Both the position numbers and the translations under genes were made by a program. The notes beneath the pieces were generated by a model that searched no databases, was not told where the DNA came from, and saw only the letters and a program-made list of their open reading frames with translations. From the NCBI GenBank assembly GCA_004431415.1, contig QPMI01000237.1, forward strand, positions 1 through 64,000: DNA of 64,000 bases, in the 5' to 3' direction. The stretch comes from Cyanophora paradoxa CCMP329. Taxonomy: Eukaryota; Plantae; Glaucophyta. Shown here piece after piece: positions 13,483 through 24,998 of this stretch; the stretch's first letter is position 1; every line of letters starts with the position of its first letter.

Positions 13483-14182
13483 GTCAATTCTCTCGGAACA
13501 CGAGCTCTCGATCGCGAGTCGCGCATTAATATTGCACTGCGGCACGCGCCGCGGCGTCGATCTGCTCGCAGCTCCTGCTCACAGCCCGGCGTCCGTTTCA
13601 CCGCCGATAGCGTCAGCAAAACCAGCCAATTGCAAAACCCGCTTTCTCTTCGAATTCTCCGGCGCGGCTTGCACAGCGCAACCACGCACACGCATCGTTC
13701 TCAGCCTCTACGCGGACGCTAAAAGCGGTGCGCAAACCCTGTCTGTTCGAATTCTCGCGCGCCCTGCAGCTGGCCGGCGCCGCGCCCACTCGGCGGAGCT
13801 CAAGTTTGGGACTCGCGATCGGCGAGCTCACCCTATCATCGCAGTGTTCAGGATCGCATCATGGACCACACATCCCAGTGCTTGGAGGCGCCGCCGGCCG
13901 CGGCTGCGGTCCCAAGTGCGACCGCTCCAAGCGCGGATATCGGTTCGAGCTGCCGTGCCGGCCTTCAGCTTCGAACTTGCTTGCACGATTTAGCTCGCAA
14001 CTAAAACCGTGATTCTTGCAACCGGAGCACCAGCCGCAGACATAGCGCGAGGCCTTCAGGCTCGATAGCTATAGGCTGAAGGGCAGCGCCCGCCGGCTGC
14101 GGCATGCATAAACCCCCTATTGTAACGTTTTTATATCGGAGACACGCACATCGTCATATAACGAGAGTTTCGCCGTGATCAG

Positions 14183-15636
14183 GTGGTGATATCGATACTC
14201 TAGATCTCATCCTGGAGCCCCATACTCTCATCCTGGAGCCCCAGGACATCGAAAAAGAAGAGAAGCAGCTTGAAGCGTTCAACCAGTTTCTGCAGATGGC
14301 ACAGCAGATGGCGCAGGAGCATCCAGAGGTACGCTGCTCCCTGTTTCCCTCCTGCCCTCTCCTCTCACTCATGATCACTAGTAAAAAGGGGTCCGAACTG
14401 ATCTAATTACGACTGAACTGAGACCTGATATATTTGATCGGCCACCGATCTAATTCCGACCATAAAATGGGGACATGGACTGAATTGCGATCGAACTGCG
14501 ATCTAATTCAGATAGGTCTCAGTTAGATCGCAATTTGATCGCCGCTGCCCGCGGCCGGGGGCTAGCGCTGCCCTACGCTTCCCCGCCGCCCTGGCCCGGC
14601 CCCGGCTAGATCGCCGGGCCGACTGAACTGCGATCGAATATATTAGGTCGCAATTAGGTCGCAATTCGATCAGTTTCCTTCATCATTCCCCTCTCACTCT
14701 TTAAATTCCTTCCTCCACTCCTCCACTTCCACTTCTTCCCACTTCCACTTTCTACATCCCGTCCGAAATGACCGCGGCCCGCCTCGCAGATGTTTGAGAA
14801 CGTGGGCAAGCGAGCCGGCGAACGCCTCGCGTCGGGCATGGAGGCTGCTGCGGAGAGCCTGGCGGAAGGCGCGAAGAGCCTGACGGAAGGCGCGAAGAGC
14901 TTGGGGCAGGTAAGCTTGCGCGAATCCTGGATGCGCAGGAAGTAGTGGAAGAACTAACCGAATCGCCTCCGCAGAGCCTGAAGGACAGCGCGAAAAGCCT
15001 CGAGACGTGCGCGAAGAACTTGGGGCAGGTAAGCTCGTTTGAATCCCGGATGCGAGCGAAGGCGTGCAAGAACTAATTACATCGCGTCCGCAGAGCCTGA
15101 AGGACAGCGCGGAAAGCCTCGAGCTCGAGACTTGCGCGAAGAACTTGGGGCAGGTAAGCTCACACGAATCCCGGATGCGAGCGAAGGCGTGAAAGAACTA
15201 ATTACATCGTGTCCGCAGAGCCTGAAGGACAGCGCGGAAAGCCTCGAGACGTGCGCGAAGAGCTTGGGGCAGGTAAGCTCACACAAATCCCGGATGCGAG
15301 CGAAGGCGTGAAAGAACTAATTACATCGTGTCCGCAGAGCCTGAAGGACAGCGCGGAAAGCCTCGAGACGTGCGCGAAGAGCTTGGGGCAGGTAAGCTCA
15401 CACGAATCCTAGAAGGCGTGGGATGCAAGAACTAATTACATCCCGTCCACAGACAATCAAATTCGTGTCCATGGTAACTCAGGTCTGCAATTCTCTTGTT
15501 TAGACTCACTCGATTTTTTCAGGCTGGGCTCTTTGTGGCTGGGCTCTTTGCGGTTGGGATGCGCGAGAACCCGCTGCCCGAGTTGGTGATCCTTGCGACT
15601 GCAGTTGCAGTCCTCCAGCCCGCGATGTACCAGTGA
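14183..15636 (+). CDS. Uncharacterised protein with tandem 18-aa helical repeat exons and hydrophobic C-terminus; start unresolved, may be a pseudogene
   Basis: In-frame exons at ~14183-14328, 14790-14909, 14975-15028, 15094-15153, 15219-15272, 15338-15391, 15453-15473/15482 and 15523-15636, mostly separated by GTAAGC...ACTAAY...CAG introns. Confidence 0.55.
14376..14675. mobile_element. Solo left end of a CACTA (En/Spm) element inside an intron
   Basis: Begins CACTAGTAAAAAGGGGTCC and is followed by direct and inverted subterminal motifs (CTGAACTGCGATC, GATCTAATT, GTCGCAATT). No matching right TIR found in the window. Confidence 0.55.
14910..15452 (+). repeat. Tandem repeat, ~119-bp unit (54-nt exon plus 65-nt intron), about 4.5 copies
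   Basis: Unit AGCCTGAAGGACAGCGCGGAAAGCCTCGAGACGTGCGCGAAGAGCTTGGGGCAG|GTAAGCTCACACGAATCCCGGATGCGAGCGAAGGCGTGAAAGAACTAATTACATCGTGTCCGCAG read directly. Confidence 0.95.
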
Positions 15637-16042
15637 TCCAGTGAAAGGGTGCAGACTATTTCGCTTCAAGACACACAGTTCATCGCATCTGACATTTTCA
15701 CATGCAGATCTTCCGAGTTCAACCGCCAAGCTCAAGTTCGAAGGGGACATTATATCTGCAGTCTGACAAGTCTGTGGGTTTAAAAGAACACGACTGCAAA
15801 TCTCCCATGCAGGGCGGGTGTGCTAGCTATAGGGACGGCGGAATGCGGGGGGCGGGCAGCACGGTGTCCGCGGGGGCTCGAGGCCAGTCGACTCGGGCCG
15901 CGGGCAGCAGGGGGGGCTCCACGCGCTCTTTCCAACGTTAAGGGCGCTAGCGCCCGGGGCTGCAGCATGAACGTCTCCTCCGGATCCGCACTCTAGACAC
16001 GTACACACACCCAGCCGCCTCGCTCCGAAGCACGAGAACCGC

Positions 16043-18105
16043 CTAGTACTCGGGCCAGTCGGTGGCCGCGGGGCCGGGGGCGGGCTGGGCGGAGGCGGGC
16101 TGGGCGAAGGGGTACGGGACGGGGCCCTCGGTGTAGGCGGGCTGCGGAGCGTAGGCCCCCGCGTAGGGCTCCGGCGCGAGGCCGTAGCCGGGGGGCGCCC
16201 CCGCCCCCACCGGCGGGCCGTAGGGCTCGGGGGGGAACCCGTAGGCCCCTGCTGAAGGCGCCCGGGCCGCTTCCTCGAAGGCGGCCGGGGGCGGCACCGG
16301 CTCGTAGCCCCGCGGGCCGCGGGGCGGCGGCGGCCGGCGTGGGGGCGCCGGCCCCGCAGCCCCCGGCCGCGGCGGGCGGCCCGGCGTGCCCGCGTACTCG
16401 GGCGCCGGGGCCTCCTCCGCCGGCGCCGCCCGTAGCCGTACGAGGCGTAGTACCCGTCCGCCGCCACCGACGCCGCGAAGTCGTCGGGTACGCGGCGGGC
16501 GCCTCGGCCTCGTACGGCCCGGAAGCGTACCCGGGGTCGGCGGCGGGCCCGGGTCGTACCCGCGCCGGGCTCGTAGCCGAGGGGCGGTAGGCGCGGGGCC
16601 AGGGGCCGGGCCGGGGTCGGGGAAGGCGGCGGGGGCGCCGGGGGGCCCTGGGCGAGCTGGAGCTCGAGGCCGGCGTCGCCGAGGGCGAGGCGGAAGCGGC
16701 GGATGGAGCTCGCCGTCGTGAAGCGCGCGCTGCTCGCCCCCGACACCTCCCCGTCCCCTGCCCCCGCCCGCCTCGCCAGGGGCGGCGCGGCGCGGCGCGA
16801 CACGGGGGGCGCACGGTGCTCGTACTCGTCCGCCTGCACCGCCCGCGAGACGCGCGCCCCGTCCGGCGAACGCTCCTCCTCCGCAACCGGCGGCCCATCC
16901 CTGCCGCCGCTCGCCATCCGGCCCGGCGACGGCGCGGGCGGGCGGGCCGGACGGGCGCACGGCTCGGGGCGGCGGCGGGCCCAGAGGTCGTAGGGGGCGT
17001 GTGGGCGCCGGGGCGGGGCGGAAGGGGGAGAGCCAGGCCTCCTCGAGGTCGGCGAGGCGGCGCTGGACGCCCTTGAAGCCGAACGCCGCCACCGGCAGCA
17101 CCGCGCACGCCGCCAGCACCGCCGCCTGCCCCGCGTCGGCCCGCGCGCCCGGCGGGGCGGGGCGGGGCGGGCGGGCGGGCGGACGGCGCCGGCGAGGCGG
17201 AGGATGCCGTGGAGGGCGAGGGCGACGGCCTCGGGGCGGGCGGGTCCCGCAGCGGGAACTCCATGTCCTGTGGCGCGTGCGCCAGGAACACCTGCACCCG
17301 CGCCGCTGCTGCCCCGTCGGGCCCCGCCCCGCCGGCGCCCCGCGGGCGGGCGGCGCGCACAGCGGACGTCGTCCCAGGGCTGCGCGGGGGAGCCCGGCGG
17401 GGCGGGGCACGCGTAGTACGGCCCGACGGTGACCTGGCTCCAGTCGGCGCACGTGTAGTTCCACTCACCGCCGCCGGCGTCGGCGCCGGGCGGGCAGGGG
17501 GCGCCGGGGCCGCAGTAGATGGCGTCGCAGGGGCCGCCGGGGGCGCGGGCGAAGGGCCGGGCGGCGACGAGGGCGCCGCAGCGCGCGTCGGCGTAGAGGG
17601 TCACGTTGTACTCGTAGCGGTAGAGCACCTCGCCGGCGCGCCCGGGGAAGCGCGCCAGGCCGGGCTCCTGCTTCGGGCCCCCCTCGGCGCGCCAGAAGGA
17701 GCCCTTGCTGTACGTCTGGTGCCGCGTGAACTCGAAGGCCACCGCCAGGCGGCTCGTCGCCGCGAAAGTCCAGCCCAGCTGCACGCACACGCTCTGCGCC
17801 CGCGCCCGCGGCTCCACGTCTGCGCGGCGCCGGCTCGGCGAGCGAGCCCCGTGCGCGCGGCAGGGCGACGCACTGAAGCCGGCGACGACTTCGCCGTTCG
17901 CCAGTACGGTCACGTCGCTCCCGCTGAACGCCCGCGCCAGGCCGACGGCGGCCAGGAGAACCAAGACGAGGAGCGACTGGGGCGGGCAGAAGGTTCGAGC
18001 TGTGCCCCGTCGAATGTTGCAAAAGCGCAAGGGAGGCGCGGCTGCACCCGAACGTGCAGCGCGGGAGCCCAGCGAGCTCCGCCGCCAAGCCGGAACGGCT
18101 CCCAT
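16043..18105 (-). CDS. Hypothetical single-pass membrane protein: signal-like segment, Cys-rich ectodomain, Pro/Tyr/Gly-rich tail
   Basis: Hydrophobic SLLVLVLLAAVGLARA, Cys-rich CDAIYCGPGAPC...WNYTCADW...YYACP, TM-like AVLAACAVLPVAAFGF, and a tail ending WPEY*. Start codon uncertain. Confidence 0.55.
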
Positions 18106-18545
18106 TCAAACACCCGCGGACGGCCGGGGCCGTACTCTACCTCATAGAGCTGAAAATTGTATCAGCTACAAGAAAGCGCCCCGTGGTGGCTCCCGCGCTG
18201 ACCAAGGCCGCGCTGTCCAGGTGTTCGCCGTGCACGCTTGGATAACGATTCGTGCAGCACTCAGGGCGCGGGAAAGCTCGTGCTAAAGCTGGCAGGAGCA
18301 GTTCTGGCCGAAAGATTGCCAGACGGGTACAGAGAAGCTGCTGTTCGATTGCCAGCTTCAGCCGCAGCTGGCAGTCGCCCCTCCCGGTAGCTTCAGACTC
18401 CCTGGCAGACTCCCACCGCAGTCCTGAGGTTTGTCAAAACATCAAACGTTAGCGGCCGCCGCCAGCGGCCGAGCTGCAGCTGCATGCGTACGCGAGCTTG
18501 GCGTGGTCGCGTACGATCTGCCCGTGCTGGCTTGAGCATCGATCG

Positions 18546-21111
18546 ATGCCGCGCGGGGCGGGTGGCGCGCTAGCGCTGCTCGCAGTGCTCGGCCTCGGGC
18601 TCCTGCTCCCATGCGACGGCGTCGGCCCGGCATGGGGCGGCGCTGGATACGCGCCCTCAATCTACCTGCGCGAGCTGCAAGTGGGGCAGCCGGAGGTCCT
18701 TCGCATCGGTCCGTGCCCGTGCGTATGGAGCTGGTTCGTCTCCGTGGAGCTGCTGACAGCGAAGGTGAGCGCGCCACGAGCTAGGGCCGCGCGCTCGTCC
18801 CGCGAGGGCCTCGAGCGGGGCCCGGGCCCGGGGCAGGTGGAGCTGGCGTTCTACCGCGCGTCGGAATGGGAGATCGCGCTTGCCGGCCTCCCCGCCACGC
18901 GCCTCGCCTCCTTCCTCGCCCCGGACTGCTCCAAGGTCCCCCCCGCCGCCGCCCCGCCCGCCGGCGGCGCCCGCGACGCGAGCCGATGCGGGCGGGGGGG
19001 CGGGCAGGGGCACCCCATCTACGAGACGTGCCAGCCGGCGGCGGGGCAGCTGCTGGCGGGGACGGCGGGGGAGGGCGAGGTCGTGGCGGTGCTGGCGGCG
19101 ACGCAGGCGGACCGGCCCCGCGTCGCCTCCTCGACCGCCTTCTTCAACCTCACCGCCCGCCCCGCCGACCTCCGCCGCCACCGCGTCGCCCTCGCCCCGG
19201 GCACCGCTGCCTCGCTCGCCCGCCGCGACTGCAACGGCCGGTGCGCGCGCCGGTGGCCCCGGCCCGTGCGGGGCCGGGGGGCGAGCCTCGCGGGGGCGGC
19301 AGGTGCGGGCTCTCGTTCCGGTCGGAGGCGGAGTGGAGCGGGGCGGGGGCCGAGGGCGGCGGCCTCTACCTGCTCGTCGTCGAGCCGGGGCCCGGCGGGG
19401 AGGCGGGAGAGGGCGGGTGCGGGGCGGTCATCGCGGGGGCGCGGCAGGTGCTGCTCGCGGGGCCCTACGACGAGCTCGAGGGGGTCGAGCTGCTCGCCCC
19501 CGCGCTCCACGTCCTCCTCTGCAACGACGGGCCGGGCCCGCCGCCGCCGCCGTCTCCCTCGCCCTCGCCCCGCCCCGCCCCCGCCTCCTCGGCCGCTACC
19601 GCGCCATCTCCCCGGGCGGGCCCTCCGCCTCTACGGGACGGGCCTCGCCCCGCCCCCGACGAGGCCGCCCCGGCGTCTCCCTCGGGGCCGCCCCTGCGCG
19701 GACGCCCACGTGCTCGCCCCGGGCTTCGCCGTCGAGTGCTTCGCCCCGCCGGGCGCCGGCGCCGCCCTCGACCTCCGCCTCGCCCTCCCGCCCCTCGCCC
19801 TCGCCGCCCCGCCGCCTTCTCCTACGACCGTCCGCCCCCCCGCGCCCCGCCCCGCGCCCCGCCCTGCGCCGCGCCTCACGCCGCGCAGCGCCGGAGCCGT
19901 GGGCTCTCTTCCTCCTCCCTGACGGCCGCGCCTGGCTCGCCGGCATGGGCCTCGGCCCCCCGGGGCGCCCCTCGCCGTCACCGTCGCCGGGCGCCCGTGC
20001 GGCGGGGCGCGCCTCGCGGCGCCGCACGCGCTGGTGGAGTGCCGGCCCGAGGCGGCCCCGGCGGGGGCGGCCGCCGCCGTCGCCGTCACCGTGGCGGGGC
20101 AGGAGGGCGCCGCCGAGGCCCTCCCCGTCCTCCGCCTCCGTGCCGCCCCTGCCCCGCCCCGCCCGCCCCGCTCCCTCGGGCCGAGGCGGGGCGGGGCAGG
20201 GCCGGGGAGGCGGGGGCGCAGCGGCGGGAGGCGCGGGAGGCGCTGCGGGGGTGCTGGCGGGGCCCCCGCGCTGGACGAGCCGGCCGCCTTCCTCGCCCTC
20301 CTCCCCTCCCTCGACTGCCCCGGCGCCCGCCGCCTCGGGGCGACGGGCGCGGCCCCGCCCCGCCCGCCCGCCCGCCCGCGCGGGGGCGTGACGGGGCGCA
20401 GGGACGGGGGCAAGTGGGTGTGCGGCGTGGAGGAGCTGCGGCGGGCCTACCCCTGCGTCGTCTACAGCTTCGGCTCCCACGGCGCGGCCCGCCCCGCGCC
20501 GCCCCTCAGCCGGCGCTCACGCGGGGCCGGCGCCGCATGCGCAGCGGACCCGTCGTTCGAGCTGGCGGTGCGGGCAGAGGCGGCGGGGTGCGAGGCGCAC
20601 ACCTTCGACCCGTTCCTCAACGCGACGGGCCGGGCGGCGATGGAGGCGCTGGGCGGGGCCCTCACCTTCCACGCCGCCGGCGTCGCCGGGTCGGGGGCGG
20701 GGCCCTCCGGGGCGCTGCGGACGCTGGGGTCGATCGCGAGCGGGCTGGGGCACGGGGCGCTGGAGGTGCTGAAGATGGACGTCGAGGGGGCCGAGTTCGG
20801 CGTCCTCGAGGACCTCCTCGCCGGGGGCCCAGGCCTCCCCGCCGTCCGCCGCCTCCTCGTCGAGGCCCGCCCCGCCCCGGCCCCGCCATCCCCGCCCCGC
20901 CCGAGCCCCGGGGCTGGGACACGCGCAGGTGCACCACGCGGCGGACGTGGCGGCGGAGCGGGGGCCGCAGGCGGGAGCCTTCTACGGGCGGGTGGCGGGG
21001 CTGGTGGCCGACCTGGAGGCGCGCCTCGGGCTGCTCCTGCACTCGGTGGAGGTCAACGCCCGCTACCACGCCGCCGCCGAGCTCTCATTCTACCGCCCCG
21101 CCGCCCCCTGA
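18546..21111 (+). CDS. Secreted or lumenal protein with a C-terminal METTL24-like (Methyltransf_22/FkbM-like) SAM-dependent methyltransferase domain
   Basis: Signal peptide MPRGAGGALALLAVLGLGLLLPC. C-terminal CPGARRLGATGDGGKWVC...CVVYSFG...SFE...CEAHTFDP...LEVLKMDVEGAEF...LLVEVH. Confidence 0.75.
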
Positions 21112-21217
21112 CCCGCCCCGCCCCGAGCCCGCCCCGCGACGTGTCCTGTTTCGAATCCCATCGCACAGTGGAAGGAGCGTGCACATGTAGCGTGGGTCGG
21201 GGGGAGGGGCGGGGCGC

Positions 21218-23278
21218 TCAGGGGGCGGGGGGCGAGGGGGAGCGGGCGCTGCGGATCTCGCGGTGCCGCCGCGCGACGAAGGCCACCACGTCGCCGGCCG
21301 CCCGCCCGCCCTGCCCGCGCCCCAGCTCGAGGCGGCGGCGGGCGGGCCGGGGCCGGGGCGCACCTCATCGTCTGAGTCGGAGTCGGAGTCGGGGCGCCCG
21401 TCGGCCGCCTCGGCGACCATCGCCGCCGCCACCTGCCCCGCGTCAAGCCGCGCCTGGCCGGCGGGGGGGCGGGCGGGCGCGGGAGGGACCTCGGCGAAGA
21501 CGTCCCGCACGTCGGGGAGCGAGGGCGGGTCGTACACCGTCCCCGCCCCGACCCTCGCCTTCCCCGCCTCCCACCGCTCGAACCAGCGCCCTGCGCCCCC
21601 TCAGCGCCCCGAAGCATCCCCGGCCAGCCGGGGGGCGGGCGGGCGGGCGGGGGCGGCGGACCGTGGATGCCGCGCAGCAGCTCGAGGATCTCGGGCAGGG
21701 CCGTCCCCATCTGCCCCCGCCCCGCCCCGCGTCGGCCGCCGGCCCCCGGGGCGGGGCGGGGCGGGGCGGGGCGGGGCGGACGGAGTGGCCGGTGAAGGGG
21801 GGGATGACGACGATGTTGGCGCGCTGGGCGGTGTTCCACCAGCGCGCGTTGTCGTCGACCACGAGCGGCAGGCGCGGCCCGTCGAGGTCGGCGCTGAACG
21901 AGAAGATCGCCCGCAGGTCCTTCGCCTGCGCCAGCCCGCACCGGTGCAGCTCGTGCACCGACAGGATCGTCTCCGTCGGCAGCACGCTCCCCCAGTCCAC
22001 TGCGCCCCGGCTCGCCCCGGGCGGGGGCGGAGGGGGCGGGGCGGGGGAGGGCGCTGCACCGTCGGGGTAGAGGCCGGCCATGTGCTCCTGCAGGCCGGCG
22101 ATCGCCGCGTGCGCGTACCTGCCCCGCCCTCCTCGTCGGCCCCCGGCCGCGGCGGCGGGGCCGGAGGCGGGGCGGACCCCTTGGCGCCGGCGGTGCAGAT
22201 GGAGAGTCGGAAGAGGGTCGCCGCCTCGCTGCGCCGGCGTCGCGCCCGGGGCTGGGGCGGGGCGGGGGCGGGGGCGGGGCGGCGCACCGGAGGAACTGGG
22301 GGACGAACGGTCGCACCCGCACGTCGTAGTTCATGGAGGGGATGGAGTAGTGGGCGGGGGGCCGATCGGCGGCGCCGGCGGCGTCGGCGGCGACGGTGTC
22401 GATGAGCGTCTGGTCGAGGTCCAGCACCAGAGGCAGCTTCCTCGCCTCCAGCAGCTGCCGGCCCCGGCCCCGCCTCGGCCCCCGGCGTGCGCGCGGGCGG
22501 GCGGGCGGCGCGGGGCACTGCGGCACCGATCGGATGTCGTCGCGCATGAGGCCGACCGCCCAGCGGCGGAACTCGCCCCGCGCCGTCACGTACCCCCTGC
22601 CCGGCGTGAGGGGCGGGGCGGGGCGGGGCGGGGCGGGCGGGGGCACCAGAGCTGCTTCTGGGAGTTCATGGGGAGGAGGCAGAGGTCGAGGTCGCCGAGC
22701 TCGACGACGAAGAACTGCGTGCGCAGCGACCAGCCCAGCAGCACCGTCCAGTTCCGGTACTCCGGGCCCCTCTCCACGTCGAACACGAACGCCGGGCTCC
22801 GCCCCGCGAAGAACTGCCTCCCCGCGTCACCTCGGGGCGCCGAGGCTCGGGCCGCTAAGGCGCGTACCTTGTTGAGGGGCCCGGAGAGCATCGCGTCCTG
22901 CTTCCTGATGTAGAGGTTGGCGGGGAGCACGATGCCGGCCGCCGGGGGCGCCAGCCGGACGGTCCCCAGCAGCGGCGAATCAAAGACGCGATCGACGGTC
23001 AGGCCGTCCTCGACGACGACGAAGATAGAGGGCGCCCACGTCGTCGAGAGCAGGTTCCCCCTCTCCGGCTCGCCCCAAACCATCGACGCCAGGCGCAGCT
23101 TCTGCGGGGGCGACTTGGCGGTCTCTTTCTCCGCGGAAGCGATGTCGATGTCGTTCAGCTCCAGCGACGCCAGCACTCTTCTCGGGGAGCTGGTCGGGCT
23201 GCGCGGCGGCAACCCGGCGGACCAGCGGCGCCCCGCGTTCTCCCCCTCATCGATAGCGAGCGCGCCGTCGTTGGGCAT
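21218..23278 (-). CDS. RNA polymerase II CTD phosphatase-like protein (FCP1/CPL family, HAD)
   Basis: EARKLPLVLDLDQTLIDT (DxDxT motif), VRVRPFVPQFL, LSICTAGAKGYA, PLVVDDNARWW, NIVVIPPF. Confidence 0.8.
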
Positions 23279-23590
23279 GATGCCTTGTGACTGCGGATCT
23301 CAAATCTGCTGCGAAACTAACTGCGGCTCGCGAAGCTGCGGCTGAACGGCCTGCGAACCTGGTTTTCAGGCAGATGGCTCGGCGGTCTGCGGGCAAGAGC
23401 GAGAGCGAGATAAGATAATAATCTAAGTCACGTAAAGCGCGAAAGCGCTGAGGTCTTTGCGCCCGATCGATGTCGGCGCGCGGCGCGGTAACTCCCAAAC
23501 GTCGCAAGTTGATGCCGAGTGCGGGTGTAGCCCTCTTCGATCTATTCCCCCCTTCTCGTCTCATTTGAGCCAGTGACCTCTGGGGCGGCG

Positions 23591-24920
23591 ATGGACGGTA
23601 TCGCGCAGGAGCTGACGTGCCCGATATGGTCCGCTCGCTGCCTTGGCGACGTAGGCCTTGCCAGCTGACGCCGTTCCTCCAGCCTTGAGGTCATGAACGA
23701 CCCACGAATATTGCAATGCCAACACTCAGGTTCGTTCTCGCGTCGCTTTTCGCTAGCGCCCAGCCCGGAGGTGCTCATCTCGCCGCAGCCTGCAGCGGAT
23801 GTCTGCAGCGCATCGCGCAGGCGAACAGCGTAAACTGTCCAATGCAAGCACGACCCCTCGCCGCGCTCGGCGCCCGGCTGACTCGGAGCCGTTCAGCTGT
23901 CGGCGGGTGACGCCCGGCGCGCCAGCCGCACTCCCCTCAAACAGGCCCGCCGCCACATGCCCACCCGAATCTTCTCTGAGCGCTCACTGAGCGCTCAGGC
24001 AGCTGAAGGCGGTGTGCGATATGCTGCGGAGCGGGGGCGCGAAGCCGCAGGCCCCGCAGCCGCCGCCGCAGCAGGCGCAGTTCCCGGCGGCGTGGGGCCC
24101 GCAGTACGCGACGGCGTCGGCGCCGCCGGCGACAGCGCCACCGGCCGGCCACGCGGCCGCGCACAGGCCGGCGCAGCCGCCGCCGGCGGCGCCCGGGGCG
24201 CCCTCGGGGCGGACGGACCTGGAGGCGCGCGGGGCATTGGGGGCCGCGGGGCGGGGCGGGGGCGGAGGCTCCCGGCTGATGCGGCGCAGGTGATCTTCGA
24301 CCTGGTGGACGAGGACCGGGACGGGCGCATCAACGAGGCCGTGAGCGCCCCGCCGGGGAGGCGCGGCGGGGCCGGCGCCGCCCCTGACGCCCCGCCCCAG
24401 GAGCTCCGCAGCGCGCTGCTCAACGACGACAACACGCCCTTCGACATGGCCACCATCCGAACGCGCGCGCCGCCCGGCCGGCCCGGCCCCGGGCGCCGCC
24501 GGTCGGGGAGGGCGACGTGGCGCGCAGGCTCTTCTCGATCGTGGACACGGACCGGAACCGCCTGATCGACCGCAACGAGTTCATCGCTCTCTACCAGCTC
24601 CTCCAGTCCTGGCGCGCCGTCTTCGAGCAGTCCGACCGCGACAGGCCCGCCCGCCCCCGGCCCCGCCCCGCCCGCCGCGCGGCTGATCGTGAGGGCGGGC
24701 GGCGCGCGGGGCGGGCAGGAGCGGGACGATCGACGAGCAGGAGCTGTGGAACGCGCTGTGCAGCCTGGGGTTCCGGCTGGACGGGCGGGCGTTCGGGGAG
24801 CTGCGGGGGCGCTACTGCCGGGGGGGCGTCCTCAAGCTCGACGCCTTCCTGCAGTGCTGCATACAGCTCCGCACCCAGCAGCAGCAGGGGCCCCAGGGCC
24901 ACGCCAGCTCCTGGTGGTAG
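23591..24920 (+). CDS. RING finger (C3HC4) fused to a penta-EF-hand-like (peflin/ALG-2-like) domain
   Basis: Spliced MDGIAQELTCPICLEVMNDPRILQCQHSACSGCLQRIAQANSVNCPICRR...PSNRQLKAVCDML, then a Pro/Ala/Gln linker, then VDEDRDGRINEAELRSALLNDDNTPFD...DTDRNRLIDRNEFIALYQLLQSWRAVFEQSDRDRSGTIDEQELWNALCSLGFRL. Confidence 0.85.
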
Positions 24921-24998
24921 CCCAGTGCACCATTCCCCGTGTCCATCGGCCACGCAGGGGGGCGGGGCGGGGCGGGGCGGGGCGGGGCGGGGCGGGGG

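Noticed and set aside
14122-14180. LTR start (TGTAACG)
   Set aside because: No second LTR, primer-binding site or gag/pol sequence found.
14910-15452. Possible CRISPR array
   Set aside because: The whole 119-bp unit repeats with no unique spacers, no cas genes are present, and the context is eukaryotic. The unit is an exon plus an intron.
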